From Bacteroidales bacterium (GTDB lineage Bacteria; Bacteroidota; Bacteroidia; Bacteroidales; UBA7960), in assembly GCA_041690235.1 (NCBI GenBank), contig JAWLHS010000002.1:1-60924 (forward strand): a stretch of DNA of 60,924 nucleotides. The letters run 5' to 3'. Under the pieces are notes generated by a model. It did not search any database, was not told the DNA's origin, and saw only the letters and a program-made list of their open reading frames with translations. Positions within the stretch are counted from its first letter, which is position 1; every line of letters begins with the position of its first letter. A program made the translations under genes and the position numbers. Below are positions 45,982 through 56,384 of the stretch, one piece after another.

Positions 45982-47604
45982 ATGCCAACACCAGAATTTC
46001 ATTACCAGCATCCTTTTCCGGTCGGGGAGGACACCAGTGAATATTACTTGTTGAGCCGCGAATTTGTGTCCTCCTCAGAGTGGAATGGGGAGACGATTTT
46101 GCGCGTCGACCCGGAGGGGTTGACCCGCGTGGCCAGGGTGGCTCTCCGGGATGCCTCATTTATGCTCCGCACGGAGCACGTCAGGCAGATGGCCGCCATT
46201 CTGGAGGATCCCCAGGCCAGCGAGAATGATAAGTACGTGGCCCTTACCATGCTCAGGAATGCAGAGATTTCGGCCAAAGGCGTGTTGCCTTTCTGCCAGG
46301 ATACGGGGACCGCTACCATTGTAGCCCGGAAGGGGCAGGGTGTGTGGACGGGGGGAGGTGATCACGAAGCCTTGTCCAGGGGTGTTTTCCAAACCTATGC
46401 CGAAGAAAACCTCAGGTTTTCGCAGGTGGTGCCCCTGGATATGTACAAGGAAAAGAATTCAGGGACCAACCTGCCGGCCCAGATCGATATCAGTGCGGTG
46501 GATGGCAACGAATACCACTTTCTTTTTGTCGCCAAAGGAGGAGGGTCCGCCAACAAAACAGCTTTGTTCCAGGAGACCAAGGCCTTGCTGAACCCGGCCA
46601 GTCTTGAAAAATACCTGGTCGAAAAACTGAAAACCCTTGGCACGGCTGCCTGTCCCCCTTACCATGTTGCCTTTGTCATTGGCGGCACCTCTGCCGAGTC
46701 TTGTCTGAAAACGGTCAAGCTGGCTTCCGCAAAATACCTGGATAAGCTTCCTTCGGAAGGCAATCCGGGGGGGCGGGCTTTTCGGGATACCGACCTTGAG
46801 AAAAGGATACTGGAAGCCGCATATGGTCTGGGAATAGGTGCCCAGTTCGGGGGGAAATACTTTGCCCTGGACATTCGTGTGATCCGTTTGCCAAGGCACG
46901 GGGCTTCCTGCCCGATTGGGATGGGTGTGTCCTGTGCGGCAGACAGAAACATCAGGGCAAAAATCAACCAGGAGGGGATTTGGATTGAAAAGCTGGAAGA
47001 CAACCCGGGCGCCTTTATTCCACAAGCCTACAGAAAAGCCGATGAAGGCGGCTCCGTAAAAATTGATCTGAACAAACCCATGAAGGAAATCCTGGAAACC
47101 CTGTCCCGTCAGGATGTTGGGACGCGTCTTTCTCTTTCCGGGACCATCATTGTAGGCCGTGACATTGCCCATGCAAAACTGAAGGAGCGGCTGGAGGGCG
47201 GTGACGGACTGCCGCAATATATCAAGGATCATCCCATCTATTACGCCGGTCCGGCCAAGACGCCGGAGGGAATGGCCTCAGGGTCCTTCGGCCCTACCAC
47301 GGCAGGCCGCATGGATTCGTACGTCGACTTGTTTCAGCAACACGGAGGCAGCATGATCATGATTGCCAAGGGCAACAGGAGCCAGGCCGTTACGGATGCC
47401 TGTAAAAAACATGGGGGCTTTTACCTGGGGAGTATCGGCGGACCCGCGGCGGTTCTTGCGCAGGAGAACATTAAAAAAGTTGAACTTCTGGAGTATCCGG
47501 AGTTGGGCATGGAGGCCATCTACCGCATCCAGGTTGAAGACTTTCCGGCCTTCATCCTGGTCGATGACAAAGGCAATGATTTTTACCGAATGATAAACCC
47601 ATAA
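45982..47604 (+). CDS. Class I (Fe-S dependent) fumarate hydratase, fused alpha/beta type
   Basis: [18 protein letters not shown] and the C-terminal GPTTAGRMD and KGNRS motifs of class I fumarases. The start is at ATG 45982 (MPTPEFHY). Confidence 0.9.
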   Translation: MPTPEFHYQHPFPVGEDTSEYYLLSREFVSSSEWNGETILRVDPEGLTRVARVALRDASFMLRTEHVRQMAAILEDPQASENDKYVALTMLRNAEISAKGVLPFCQDTGTATIVARKGQGVWTGGGDHEALSRGVFQTYAEENLRFSQVVPLDMYKEKNSGTNLPAQIDISAVDGNEYHFLFVAKGGGSANKTALFQETKALLNPASLEKYLVEKLKTLGTAACPPYHVAFVIGGTSAESCLKTVKLASAKYLDKLPSEGNPGGRAFRDTDLEKRILEAAYGLGIGAQFGGKYFALDIRVIRLPRHGASCPIGMGVSCAADRNIRAKINQEGIWIEKLEDNPGAFIPQAYRKADEGGSVKIDLNKPMKEILETLSRQDVGTRLSLSGTIIVGRDIAHAKLKERLEGGDGLPQYIKDHPIYYAGPAKTPEGMASGSFGPTTAGRMDSYVDLFQQHGGSMIMIAKGNRSQAVTDACKKHGGFYLGSIGGPAAVLAQENIKKVELLEYPELGMEAIYRIQVEDFPAFILVDDKGNDFYRMINP

Positions 47605-47661
47605 CCGCTTCCATCCCCGTTAAAGACCTTTTACAGGGGTGGATTGGTTCAATCAACGCAT

Positions 47662-49041
47662 ATGTTCAGAACCGAGTACGACTCACTTGGTCCGGTGGAG
47701 GTGCCGGCCGACAAGTATTGGGGGGCACAGACCCAACGTTCTCTCAACAATTTTAAAATAGGGGGGGAGCGCATGCCCATAGAGGTCATTCACGCTTTCG
47801 CCCTGTTAAAGAAATCGTCAGCCCTGGTGAACCTGGAAATGGGGGTCATGCCCGGAAACCTGGTGGATCCCATTGTTCAGGTCTGTGATGAAATTTCAGA
47901 AGGCTTGTTGGACGAGCATTTTCCATTGTTGGTCTGGCAAACCGGGAGTGGAACGCAGACCAATATGAACCTGAACGAGGTTATTGCCAATCGCGGCAAT
48001 GAGATTCTTTCGGCCCGGGCGGACGGGTCCGGTTTAAAATTGCATCCCAACGACCATGTGAATAAATCACAGTCGTCGAACGATACCTTCCCAACGGCTA
48101 TGCATATTGCCGCTTACACAACGATCGTCGGCCGAACCATTCCGGGACTTGAATCGCTGCAGCAGTCGATCAATGAGAAGGCCCATGAGTTGAAGGATGT
48201 CGTGAAAATCGGACGGACCCACCTGATGGATGCCACCCCCTTAACCCTTGGGCAGGAGTTTTCAGGCTTTGCCTCCCAATTGGACTACGGACTGGGTGCA
48301 TTGAAACATTCCCTTGATCGTCTCTCCGAGTTGGCCCTCGGGGGAACCGCCGTGGGTACCGGATTGAATGCCCCAAAGGGTTTTGACAGAGCGGTGGCAC
48401 GCATGATTTCATCCCTGACAGGTTTGCCATTTGTTACGGCGCCCAATAAATTTGAGGCCCTTGGTGCCCACGATGCAGTGGTTGCAGCCAGCGGGGCTTT
48501 AAAAGGAATTGCCGTCAGCATCATGAAGGTGGCCAATGACGTTCGCATGCTTGCATCGGGACCAAGGTGCGGAATTGGGGAGATTGTTCTGCCTTCCAAT
48601 GAGCCCGGAAGTTCCATAATGCCTGGCAAGGTGAACCCAACACAGGCCGAAGCCATCACCATGGTTGCCAGCCAGGTGATCGGGAATGACGCAGCCATAA
48701 CCACGGGAGGCATGAGCGGACACTTTCAGCTGAATGTATTTAAACCGGTCATGATATACAACCTGCTTCAGTCAGCCAGGCTTCTGGGTGATGCCAGTCG
48801 GTCTTTTGCCGAACATTGTATCAGGGGGATTCAACCGGACAGGGAACGCATCCAATCCCACCTGCAAAACTCCCTGATGCTTGTTACAGCTTTAAACCCA
48901 CACATTGGCTATGACAATGCAGCACGCATTGCAAAAAAGGCCCACGAGGAAAACCTCACGCTAAAGGAAGCCGCGCTGGCTCTGAAGCTCGTTAGTGGAG
49001 AGGAATTTGACCGTTGGGTGAATCCGGCCAAGATGGTCTGA
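47662..49041 (+). CDS. fumC: Class II fumarate hydratase
   Basis: [28 protein letters not shown]-terminus and the lyase signature [16 protein letters not shown]. The start is at ATG 47662. Confidence 0.95.
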   Translation: MFRTEYDSLGPVEVPADKYWGAQTQRSLNNFKIGGERMPIEVIHAFALLKKSSALVNLEMGVMPGNLVDPIVQVCDEISEGLLDEHFPLLVWQTGSGTQTNMNLNEVIANRGNEILSARADGSGLKLHPNDHVNKSQSSNDTFPTAMHIAAYTTIVGRTIPGLESLQQSINEKAHELKDVVKIGRTHLMDATPLTLGQEFSGFASQLDYGLGALKHSLDRLSELALGGTAVGTGLNAPKGFDRAVARMISSLTGLPFVTAPNKFEALGAHDAVVAASGALKGIAVSIMKVANDVRMLASGPRCGIGEIVLPSNEPGSSIMPGKVNPTQAEAITMVASQVIGNDAAITTGGMSGHFQLNVFKPVMIYNLLQSARLLGDASRSFAEHCIRGIQPDRERIQSHLQNSLMLVTALNPHIGYDNAARIAKKAHEENLTLKEAALALKLVSGEEFDRWVNPAKMV

Positions 49042-49051
49042 CCGGGTTGGT

Positions 49052-49939
49052 TTAATATTCCCAGAGGTCGTGTTCAAAGTTCCGGATCTCTTCCTGTATT
49101 CGCTTGGCCTCCAAAAGGGCATCCAGGCCGGCGTAGTTTTCACCAATACGACGGTCGTGAACATTGGAAGCCTTATAGATGGTGCCGCTGAAAAACCGCT
49201 TGAGGAACAATTCGTCGTATGACATTCGCTCTGAATCATTATGGCGGTTAAAAACCGGTGCATTCACAAATACATCGCGGGCTTCCGGGAAATAAATCCA
49301 GAACAATGGTTCGTCTCCCCTGGGCTCACCGGTAACCGGGTCTATGGCCTCAACAACCGGACAAATGCCCAGCACACGGACCTCAAGCACGGACCTTTTA
49401 GAATCGAAAAACCAGTCTTCTTTGATCCTGAAACGCATTACATCCGCCGGATTGAAGGAGATGGTGAACGTGGTATCATATTGCTCATAGGGCGGGTAAG
49501 GCCGTTCCATGGTTACGGTTTCAGTTCTGTCGAGCTGACTGAAAAGGGTTTCCGGATCGACCGGAACGGAAAAATCATCTGCATCCACGCTGTAGGGTTG
49601 GATGGTTCCATCGGCTATCCCGTCCATGATGACCTGCATCAGACTTCTCATGTTGCCGGAGGGGCTGGGTGGAAAATACAAAGGCTGGTTCATTTTTTCC
49701 CTGACGTCTATGACCTGCCAGACCCGCTTGGCCCAGAGTACATCGGCCTCCCTGACATAGGGCAGCTCGATCGGCTTTTTTTCTTCATGCACCACCCGTT
49801 CCCAAACACCGTCCAACGGAAGGTTCTGATCCTGCATAATGGACTGCTGGGCAAGTATCTGCATTGGGAAAGCCAATCCCACCAAACAAAAGGCTAAAAG
49901 AGTGCGTATCATGGGTATACCTCCAATGGTTTGTAACAT
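49052..49939 (-). CDS. gldN: Gliding motility / T9SS protein GldN (PorN)
   Basis: A secreted protein of about 290 aa immediately downstream of gldM, with a signal peptide (LAFCLVGLAFPMQILAQQ). Synteny gldK-L-M-N. The start could be 49939 or 49912. Confidence 0.85.
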   Translation of the reverse strand: MLQTIGGIPMIRTLLAFCLVGLAFPMQILAQQSIMQDQNLPLDGVWERVVHEEKKPIELPYVREADVLWAKRVWQVIDVREKMNQPLYFPPSPSGNMRSLMQVIMDGIADGTIQPYSVDADDFSVPVDPETLFSQLDRTETVTMERPYPPYEQYDTTFTISFNPADVMRFRIKEDWFFDSKRSVLEVRVLGICPVVEAIDPVTGEPRGDEPLFWIYFPEARDVFVNAPVFNRHNDSERMSYDELFLKRFFSGTIYKASNVHDRRIGENYAGLDALLEAKRIQEEIRNFEHDLWEY

Positions 49940-49942
49940 TCC

Positions 49943-51529
49943 TTAATTGATCGTAAAGCTCAGGGGGGACAGGGTCCTTACCCTTCCGTCCGGTCCCGGC
50001 CGCGTTGTTATGTTCTCAAAAATGAACCGCTGTCCGCGACCGGCATTGGTAATGACCTGAATCATTTCCTGGGTAAATTGATTTCCGTTGGCGCGGTAAG
50101 TTCTGACGTCTCCCGCCATGGTGGTAACCATAGAGAAAGATTCAATCTCAAAGTTCAGGTCGAATTCAAAATTTTCCATCCGGGGAATGATCGCCCTGGC
50201 CAGGAGCAACTCCTCCCGTGTGATCCGGCCTTCACGCCGGTTGGCAATAAAAGCGACCGGGTCGGGTACATTCCTGACCCTGAAATTGCTGGTGCCCATA
50301 CTGCGGGTCGCTCCGTCCACCACAGCATTAACAGTGATGTTGATTTCCCTGGTGCCGGGTTGTACCTGCACGATGTAGCTTCCGTCTGACTGCCTGGACA
50401 AGGTGCCTCCGGCAGAAATAACCGGACGAATATTTCCGGTCGGGATTCCCGGGGCGGAAATGGAAACGGGGTTGGGTACACCCACATAGAAAAGGTTCAT
50501 CCTGTCGGCCGAAACAGTTACTGAAGGCCTCTCCACAATGTATTGAGCCGTAAATGGATATTCCTGCGGATAACCCGTTGGTGAAATGAGACGAATGATC
50601 CCGCGGTGGGTTTGGGGGCCGGTCGAAGTGGCCGGTATCCGAAGGCGTCCGATCCCATCGGTTGTCGGAATCTGTCGTCCGCCGACAAAAATTTCCGGAT
50701 TTTGACGGGTATCAATGGCAGCCACAAAAATATCTGCCTCGTAGTGGTCATTTAAAAGAACAATCTGGCTGTTCGGAACCACCCTGGCTTCTATCTGGTC
50801 AAACTTAAAGTCATCTGCCGTGATGGCACCATACAGGAGGTTGATGGCATCGAATTCGGCGTTGCGGACCTCCGTGATCAACCGGCTCAGGTTGGTGGCA
50901 ACAGCCACTGAGATCACCCTGTCAAACATCAGCTGTTGCCAGGTGATTTCTGTGTCTTGCCTGTAAAACGGTCCTTCCACATCGAGGCCGACCTGAATAA
51001 AATCCGTGAGGTTGTGTGTGGCCATGATGCCTGCAATTTCCTCCTTAAAGTTTTCGATCCTTTCCCTGAGCTCGAACGCCCGTGTGCCGCGTCCGCCGTC
51101 CAGCGATGCTTCCTGTACACCCTCCCTTAACCAAAACCTGGATGAAATGCTGTAATTGTCTTTTTTCTTCAGGTCGTGGAGGTTCAGGTCTGCGGCTTCC
51201 GTCGGACTGATGTCGTTTAATTCGGCAACCATCAGGTTGCGTTGCTCTATGATGAATTCAACAAGGTCGTTTGCAAGTTCCCTGACCTGGTTGGCTTCAT
51301 CATAAAAGGGCTGTACCTTCTCCTCGGAAATGGCCTTTTGCTGATCAAAATCCCGGTAAACCATATCGACCTTGAGCTCAAAGTTCTTGTTGGTCTGCTC
51401 CAGGCCTTCGTTGATCAATGGAAAAGAATCGAGGACCTCCACGGAAACGTTGAGCGCCATCAGGGCCAGAAAGACCAGATACATTAAGCCGATTAGCTTT
51501 TGCCTGGGGGTTTGTTTTCCACCTGCCAT
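49943..51529 (-). CDS. gldM: Gliding motility / T9SS protein GldM (PorM)
   Basis: Characteristic N-terminus MAGGKQTPRQKLIGLMYLVFLALMALNVS. 528 aa with a single N-terminal TM helix. Confidence 0.93.
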   Translation of the reverse strand: MAGGKQTPRQKLIGLMYLVFLALMALNVSVEVLDSFPLINEGLEQTNKNFELKVDMVYRDFDQQKAISEEKVQPFYDEANQVRELANDLVEFIIEQRNLMVAELNDISPTEAADLNLHDLKKKDNYSISSRFWLREGVQEASLDGGRGTRAFELRERIENFKEEIAGIMATHNLTDFIQVGLDVEGPFYRQDTEITWQQLMFDRVISVAVATNLSRLITEVRNAEFDAINLLYGAITADDFKFDQIEARVVPNSQIVLLNDHYEADIFVAAIDTRQNPEIFVGGRQIPTTDGIGRLRIPATSTGPQTHRGIIRLISPTGYPQEYPFTAQYIVERPSVTVSADRMNLFYVGVPNPVSISAPGIPTGNIRPVISAGGTLSRQSDGSYIVQVQPGTREINITVNAVVDGATRSMGTSNFRVRNVPDPVAFIANRREGRITREELLLARAIIPRMENFEFDLNFEIESFSMVTTMAGDVRTYRANGNQFTQEMIQVITNAGRGQRFIFENITTRPGPDGRVRTLSPLSFTIN

Positions 51530-51603
51530 AGTTTCTTTATGTCTTTTCTTTGCCCTGTAGATCCGCGATTCGTGACATCAAAGGCAAAGGGTAAGGGGTT
51601 TTT

Positions 51604-52641
51604 CTAGCGATTCACGTTAAAATTCATTGCAGACAGCATATTTCCATACACGCTGTTGAGTGCTTTCATATTACTGGTCAACTGATCCAGTTCGCTCTGG
51701 TATTTCTGGCTGTTGACCACGGTCTGGCTGACGTTGTCCTCCAGTGAACCAAGGGTTTTGTTCAGGCGATCTGTTGCGTCTGACTGCAGGTTGGCTGCCT
51801 GGAGCTGGATTTCGTAGGCGGCGTTCAGGGCAGAAAGGTTCTGGTTTGTTTTTTGCAGCTGATCATTATAGGTTTTGCCGTTGTCTGCCACATTCTGCAT
51901 GGCATCCACAGCGCTTGTGAGTATGGCGGCGTTTTTACTGTAAGCTTCCCCCACTTCATTGGTGTAGCTGGTCATTTTCTTGATGCTCTTGGAGAGTTCT
52001 TCCGAAGCAAAAAGATTGTCCTGGGCGGATGCGGCGGTTTTTTTGTAGCTTTCACTCATGTCGTTCATGGAGTGAACCACATTTTTCAGGCTGCCGCTGT
52101 ATTCGTTGGACAAGCTCAGGTCATGCTTCATATACTCCGCGGTGTTCTTATAGGATTGACTGAGCTCCAGCACCGATTTGGATGCCGATTCCATATTCTG
52201 GACGTATTGGTTGGTCGCTGCTGCTGCATTCGACATATCTGCCAGCCTTGAGGCGTTGTCGCTGAGGTTGCGCAAGCCACGCCCGAGATTGTTGATTAGC
52301 TCGGGACCGATATTTGCCTCCTCAAGCAGCTTATCCAGGTTGGCTGATAAACTGATGTTGGCAGAACCATAACCCCTTCCGGCGTCCGGTCCGGCACCCA
52401 CGGTATCTTCCAGCCCGGCAAGCTCAGGGTAGACCAGGCTCCAGTCAGGTTCTTCGTATACTTTCTCGAACGCAGAAAAGAAAAACACGATAACTTCCGT
52501 TCCCATACCCACGATAAGGGCAATATCAGCGAATGGCCAGTGCATGATTTTGAACAGGGCCCCGAGAATAACCACGGAGGCGCCCCATCCATACAGTCTG
52601 GACATAAATACTTTGAAGGGTTTTGTGTTTGCTAAGCTCAT
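51604..52641 (-). CDS. gldL: Gliding motility / T9SS protein GldL (PorL)
   Basis: N-terminal two-TM region LYGWGASVVILGALFKIMHWPFADIALIVGMGTEVIVFFFSAFE followed by a long helical cytoplasmic part. Confidence 0.92.
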   Translation of the reverse strand: MSLANTKPFKVFMSRLYGWGASVVILGALFKIMHWPFADIALIVGMGTEVIVFFFSAFEKVYEEPDWSLVYPELAGLEDTVGAGPDAGRGYGSANISLSANLDKLLEEANIGPELINNLGRGLRNLSDNASRLADMSNAAAATNQYVQNMESASKSVLELSQSYKNTAEYMKHDLSLSNEYSGSLKNVVHSMNDMSESYKKTAASAQDNLFASEELSKSIKKMTSYTNEVGEAYSKNAAILTSAVDAMQNVADNGKTYNDQLQKTNQNLSALNAAYEIQLQAANLQSDATDRLNKTLGSLEDNVSQTVVNSQKYQSELDQLTSNMKALNSVYGNMLSAMNFNVNR

Positions 52642-52677
52642 AAGGCGTCGGATGAAAAAGGTTAAATATGGAGTTGT

Positions 52678-53979
52678 CTAATAAACGTTTGAAGCGCCGC
52701 GTCCATCTGCCCGGTCCCGACCAGGATAGGTCTGTATGCATCTGAAACCGATGTATGATTTGGCGGTATCCTGGTATTCATAGGTTCGTGTGCTGACCTG
52801 CAGGAAGTAACCCACGTCCTTCCAGGAGCCGCCGCGCACCACCTTGCGTTTCATGGTGGGGGGGTCGTCTGGACTGGCATCGTACTGGTAGTCGGGGTTC
52901 ATGTCGTGACCAATGGTGTAAAAAGACTCGTCATATGCATTTCGCGTCCATTCGGAAACATTCCCTGCCATATCGAACAATCCATAATCGTTCGGGGGAT
53001 AGTGTCCGACAATCACGGTTTGGTAACCGCCATCACCAATATAATTTCCCCTTAATGGCTTGAAATTGGCCAAAAAGCATCCTTCGGCATTTCTGATATA
53101 TGGCCCCCCCCACGGATAGGGACTGTGATCCAGTCCTCCCCTGGCAGCGTATTCCCACTCGGCTTCGGAGGGGAGTGAAAAGTTCATCGCAAAGGGACGT
53201 TCTTGACTGGCGAGGTAGCTGTTCAAAAGGGTGGTGCGCCAGATCGTAAAGGCCCGGGCCTGTGACCAGCTTACCCCGACCACCGGATAATGGTCGTAAG
53301 TGGGATGCCAGAAATACTGCTCGGTCATGGGTTCGTTATAGGAATAAGTGAAGTCCCTGATCCAGGCGAGGGTGTCCGGGTACACCTTGACGGTTTCCTC
53401 AATTACAAATTCACTGCGGGGGGTTTCCCTTTCAGAGCTTCTGGCGGCCCGCCGCATATCAATGCGGTGATAGATGTATTCCAATTTGCGTGTATCAATT
53501 TCGCGGCGACGGAAAAAACGTTCCTGTTCCGGCAGGTAAAGCTCCGAAAGGATGTCTCTTTCATCTTCTCCGTCCCAACGAATCCTTTGCCGCCAGTTGA
53601 GCTGCGGGGGGTCAATCAGTTCGCCAAATTCATCTTCGTCAATTCCAAAATCTTCCATACCAGCCATAAAAAGCATGTTCCTGGCAATGGAATCTCTGAC
53701 CCAATATACAAACTGCCGGTATTGATTGTTGGTTATTTCGGTTTCATCCATATAGAAGGCGGGCAATGAAATGGTTCTTGAAACAGCCGTCTGGGAATAG
53801 GCGGGATCTTCGTCGGATGGGCCCATTGTAAAGCTTCCCATGGGGACGAAGACCATGCCGGGCGGGTCGGAGTAATACCCGTCGGGCCGGTTTTCAACAC
53901 CCGTCAGGTGACCACGACTCGAGCGGTTGCAACTTCCCAGGAGAGCCACAGCAACTAACAATAAAAAAAGTCTCTTCAT
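52678..53979 (-). CDS. gldK: Gliding motility / T9SS lipoprotein GldK (PorK), FGE-sulfatase fold
   Basis: Lipoprotein signal LLVAVALLGSC, SUMF1/FGE-type motifs (GGSWKD, GFRC), and a position upstream of gldL. Confidence 0.93.
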   Translation of the reverse strand: MKRLFLLLVAVALLGSCNRSSRGHLTGVENRPDGYYSDPPGMVFVPMGSFTMGPSDEDPAYSQTAVSRTISLPAFYMDETEITNNQYRQFVYWVRDSIARNMLFMAGMEDFGIDEDEFGELIDPPQLNWRQRIRWDGEDERDILSELYLPEQERFFRRREIDTRKLEYIYHRIDMRRAARSSERETPRSEFVIEETVKVYPDTLAWIRDFTYSYNEPMTEQYFWHPTYDHYPVVGVSWSQARAFTIWRTTLLNSYLASQERPFAMNFSLPSEAEWEYAARGGLDHSPYPWGGPYIRNAEGCFLANFKPLRGNYIGDGGYQTVIVGHYPPNDYGLFDMAGNVSEWTRNAYDESFYTIGHDMNPDYQYDASPDDPPTMKRKVVRGGSWKDVGYFLQVSTRTYEYQDTAKSYIGFRCIQTYPGRDRADGRGASNVY

Positions 53980-54062
53980 GGCAGCAAAAAATTTGTTGAC
54001 CTATATATTGGTTCTTGGTGTTAGCTACGCTTATTCGTTTATATGTAAATTCCGTAGCAAAG

Positions 54063-55016
54063 TTACAAAAATCTGATATTTCGCTGAATTTCCTGAATTT
54101 TATCCAGATCCAACTCAAAACAATACCTGAGCATGATCTCGTGGCTTCCGTGGCTCCTTCCCATGGCCCCCATCCGGGAGGTTGTCACATCATACGAATA
54201 GCCAATACTCATTTGCTCATAATGAACGCCCAACAGGAAGACAAGGGCATCCCGGGGTCTAAAGCTAACGCCACCCCAAAAGCGGTTATTGTATGTAACC
54301 AGTGTATTTAAATCAAATTGAAAGGATTCCAGGTCTGTTTTAATCAATGCGGAGGGAGTGATTATGTAAGCTGGCTGGGAGGGCAGGGTGTAGTGGTACC
54401 CGGCCGTGGCAAACAAATGCCTGCGCAGTGTATAATCGCTTTCCCCCAAATAGCCGGTGGCCTGCCTTGCCTGCGATACAGAAATGCCGGCATAGCTTTG
54501 GTTGTCGGCCATGTAAAAAACGCCCAGGGCAAAGTCAAAATACATATGGCTTTCTTCTCCCCCGATAAGTACCGGGTCACCGGGTGTGATGGGCTCAAGC
54601 TGTCCAAAATCAAGCCGCTTATCCAGAAAGCCGATTTGTCCGCCCAATCCGAGTTTTCCAAAATCAAGCTGGAGATGGTATGCGTAGGAAAGCTTAAAGC
54701 CGATATTGGTTTCAAACCCCAATTGATCCTGCAGGAACCCAACGGCCAGGCCGCCTCTGAGAAAAGGAATGGGCGCGTCTACATTCAGGCTGTATGTTTC
54801 CGGGTTCAGGCGCACACCGTTGATGTCCCTCAATCCCACCCATTGCTGACGGGCAAGTGCCGTGGCGCATATGGCGTTGCGCAAGCCTGCGTATCCCGGG
54901 TTGATCCCCATATTGTTAAACATGTTGTGGCTGAACTGTGCCTCTTGCTGGGCGGTAACCACCTTCCCTGAACAAAGGATCAAAAGAAAAAGAAAAACAA
55001 GCCCTTGAATTCGCAT
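54063..55016 (-). CDS. porP: PorP/SprF family T9SS outer-membrane protein
   Basis: A signal peptide followed by AQQEAQFSHNMFNNMGINPGYAG, the hallmark N-terminus of PorP/SprF. It lies directly upstream of gldK, as in the porP-porK-L-M-N arrangement. Confidence 0.9.
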   Translation of the reverse strand: MRIQGLVFLFLLILCSGKVVTAQQEAQFSHNMFNNMGINPGYAGLRNAICATALARQQWVGLRDINGVRLNPETYSLNVDAPIPFLRGGLAVGFLQDQLGFETNIGFKLSYAYHLQLDFGKLGLGGQIGFLDKRLDFGQLEPITPGDPVLIGGEESHMYFDFALGVFYMADNQSYAGISVSQARQATGYLGESDYTLRRHLFATAGYHYTLPSQPAYIITPSALIKTDLESFQFDLNTLVTYNNRFWGGVSFRPRDALVFLLGVHYEQMSIGYSYDVTTSRMGAMGRSHGSHEIMLRYCFELDLDKIQEIQRNIRFL

Positions 55017-55177
55017 GGATGTGATTGTTTCTTCCTTTTTGTTAACGCAAAAAAACCCTGATTATTGATGGGTATCTTCCCGTTGTGAAACTTTTCATGA
55101 TTCGGGCTGGTTGAAAAGGCAACCGATAAAGTTACAAAAAAACAAAATGAACCAGCCAGTTTTATTCCTTCTGTTGA

Positions 55178-56365
55178 TTACAGAAACTTTTGGTAGGCCT
55201 GCCACCACTTCTCGGGCATTTCGTCCTGACAGGCAGCCTGGTAGTCTTTGTATGAACAGGGAACAAGGAATTGTCTTTCGTACTTGACCTGCAGGCCTGA
55301 AGGACAAGGCACCTCCATCCACCAGCGGTCGCTTTTCTTGCTTTTATAAAAAACAATTTCGTTTTTAAAATCCTTGATGGAAACCACATATTTCAGGTAT
55401 TCTCCGGTTTCCTTTCGTTTCCGGTCGGGCATGTCCTTTTTCCGGTGAGAGAAGCCATCGAAAAAATACCAAATCATCTGGGCCACCAGATGGGCTGTTT
55501 GTTCGCCCTGGTCGAAGGCCGGGTTCAGCTCGTAAAACCCGATCGAGGACAACTTGTCGCTTAGTCCGGCATAGCGTACGATCTGGCAGGCTTCCTCCCC
55601 GTAAAACCCGTTGGGTGACGCATTCGAATTGCCGGGGGCATCCGATTGGCGAATACAGGAAATATCAAGGCTCAGCAGATCTGCATTTCTTACAATGGGC
55701 TCAACCTCTTCCATGTCTTTGCGTACGTGCCCCAGGCGGTAAACATCGAAAAAGAGCTTGTCCATCAATTCAATGGCGTCCTGATCGACCAGGTAGGTCT
55801 GGTACCCGAGGTTGGTGAAGTTGAAGAGGAAATTGGGCTTGTGGGTGAGGATTGAGCTGAGGTAATTGGTATGACTTAGTTTCTCATCCCGCTGCATTCC
55901 GATGTCGAAGCGTGAATCAACCGAAACGATATTAATTATTTGTCCCAATGCTTCATAGGCCTGGTAATTGGCATAGGTCAGGTCCTGGCTCCCGCCGATG
56001 ATCACGGGAGTGATTTTCTGCCGGATCATTTCCACAATCACCGATTTCAGGGCGAAATAAGTGTCTGTCACCTTGTTCCCTGCCTTTATGTTGCCCAGGT
56101 CGGCAATTTGCAGGCGGAAAGAACCCTGAAACAACTGATACAAATACTTTCTGACGTAATCGGGGGCCAGGGCGCAACCCCGGTTTTCTTCGCCCAGCCG
56201 GTCTTCCATCACCCCGATCAGCGCGATATCGACATTCTCCAGGTCCGGGAATCCCCCCTGGCCGGAGTGGCACCTGATTGACTTTCCCAAAACCAGCGGG
56301 TGGTCCTGTTCTTTGATGTTGAGTTTGCCGAGGTCGACGGGGTCCAGAAAATCAAGAATTTGCAT
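55178..56365 (-). CDS. Arginase/ureohydrolase-fold protein (formimidoylglutamase-like)
   Basis: IALIGVMEDR, VIIGGSQDLTYANY and LSLDISCIRQSDAPG resemble arginase-family metal-site motifs. The start is taken at ATG 56365 so the gene does not overlap the topA stop at 56385. Confidence 0.75.
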   Translation of the reverse strand: MQILDFLDPVDLGKLNIKEQDHPLVLGKSIRCHSGQGGFPDLENVDIALIGVMEDRLGEENRGCALAPDYVRKYLYQLFQGSFRLQIADLGNIKAGNKVTDTYFALKSVIVEMIRQKITPVIIGGSQDLTYANYQAYEALGQIINIVSVDSRFDIGMQRDEKLSHTNYLSSILTHKPNFLFNFTNLGYQTYLVDQDAIELMDKLFFDVYRLGHVRKDMEEVEPIVRNADLLSLDISCIRQSDAPGNSNASPNGFYGEEACQIVRYAGLSDKLSSIGFYELNPAFDQGEQTAHLVAQMIWYFFDGFSHRKKDMPDRKRKETGEYLKYVVSIKDFKNEIVFYKSKKSDRWWMEVPCPSGLQVKYERQFLVPCSYKDYQAACQDEMPEKWWQAYQKFL

Positions 56366-56384
56366 GGGCAAAAAAAAACGATGG

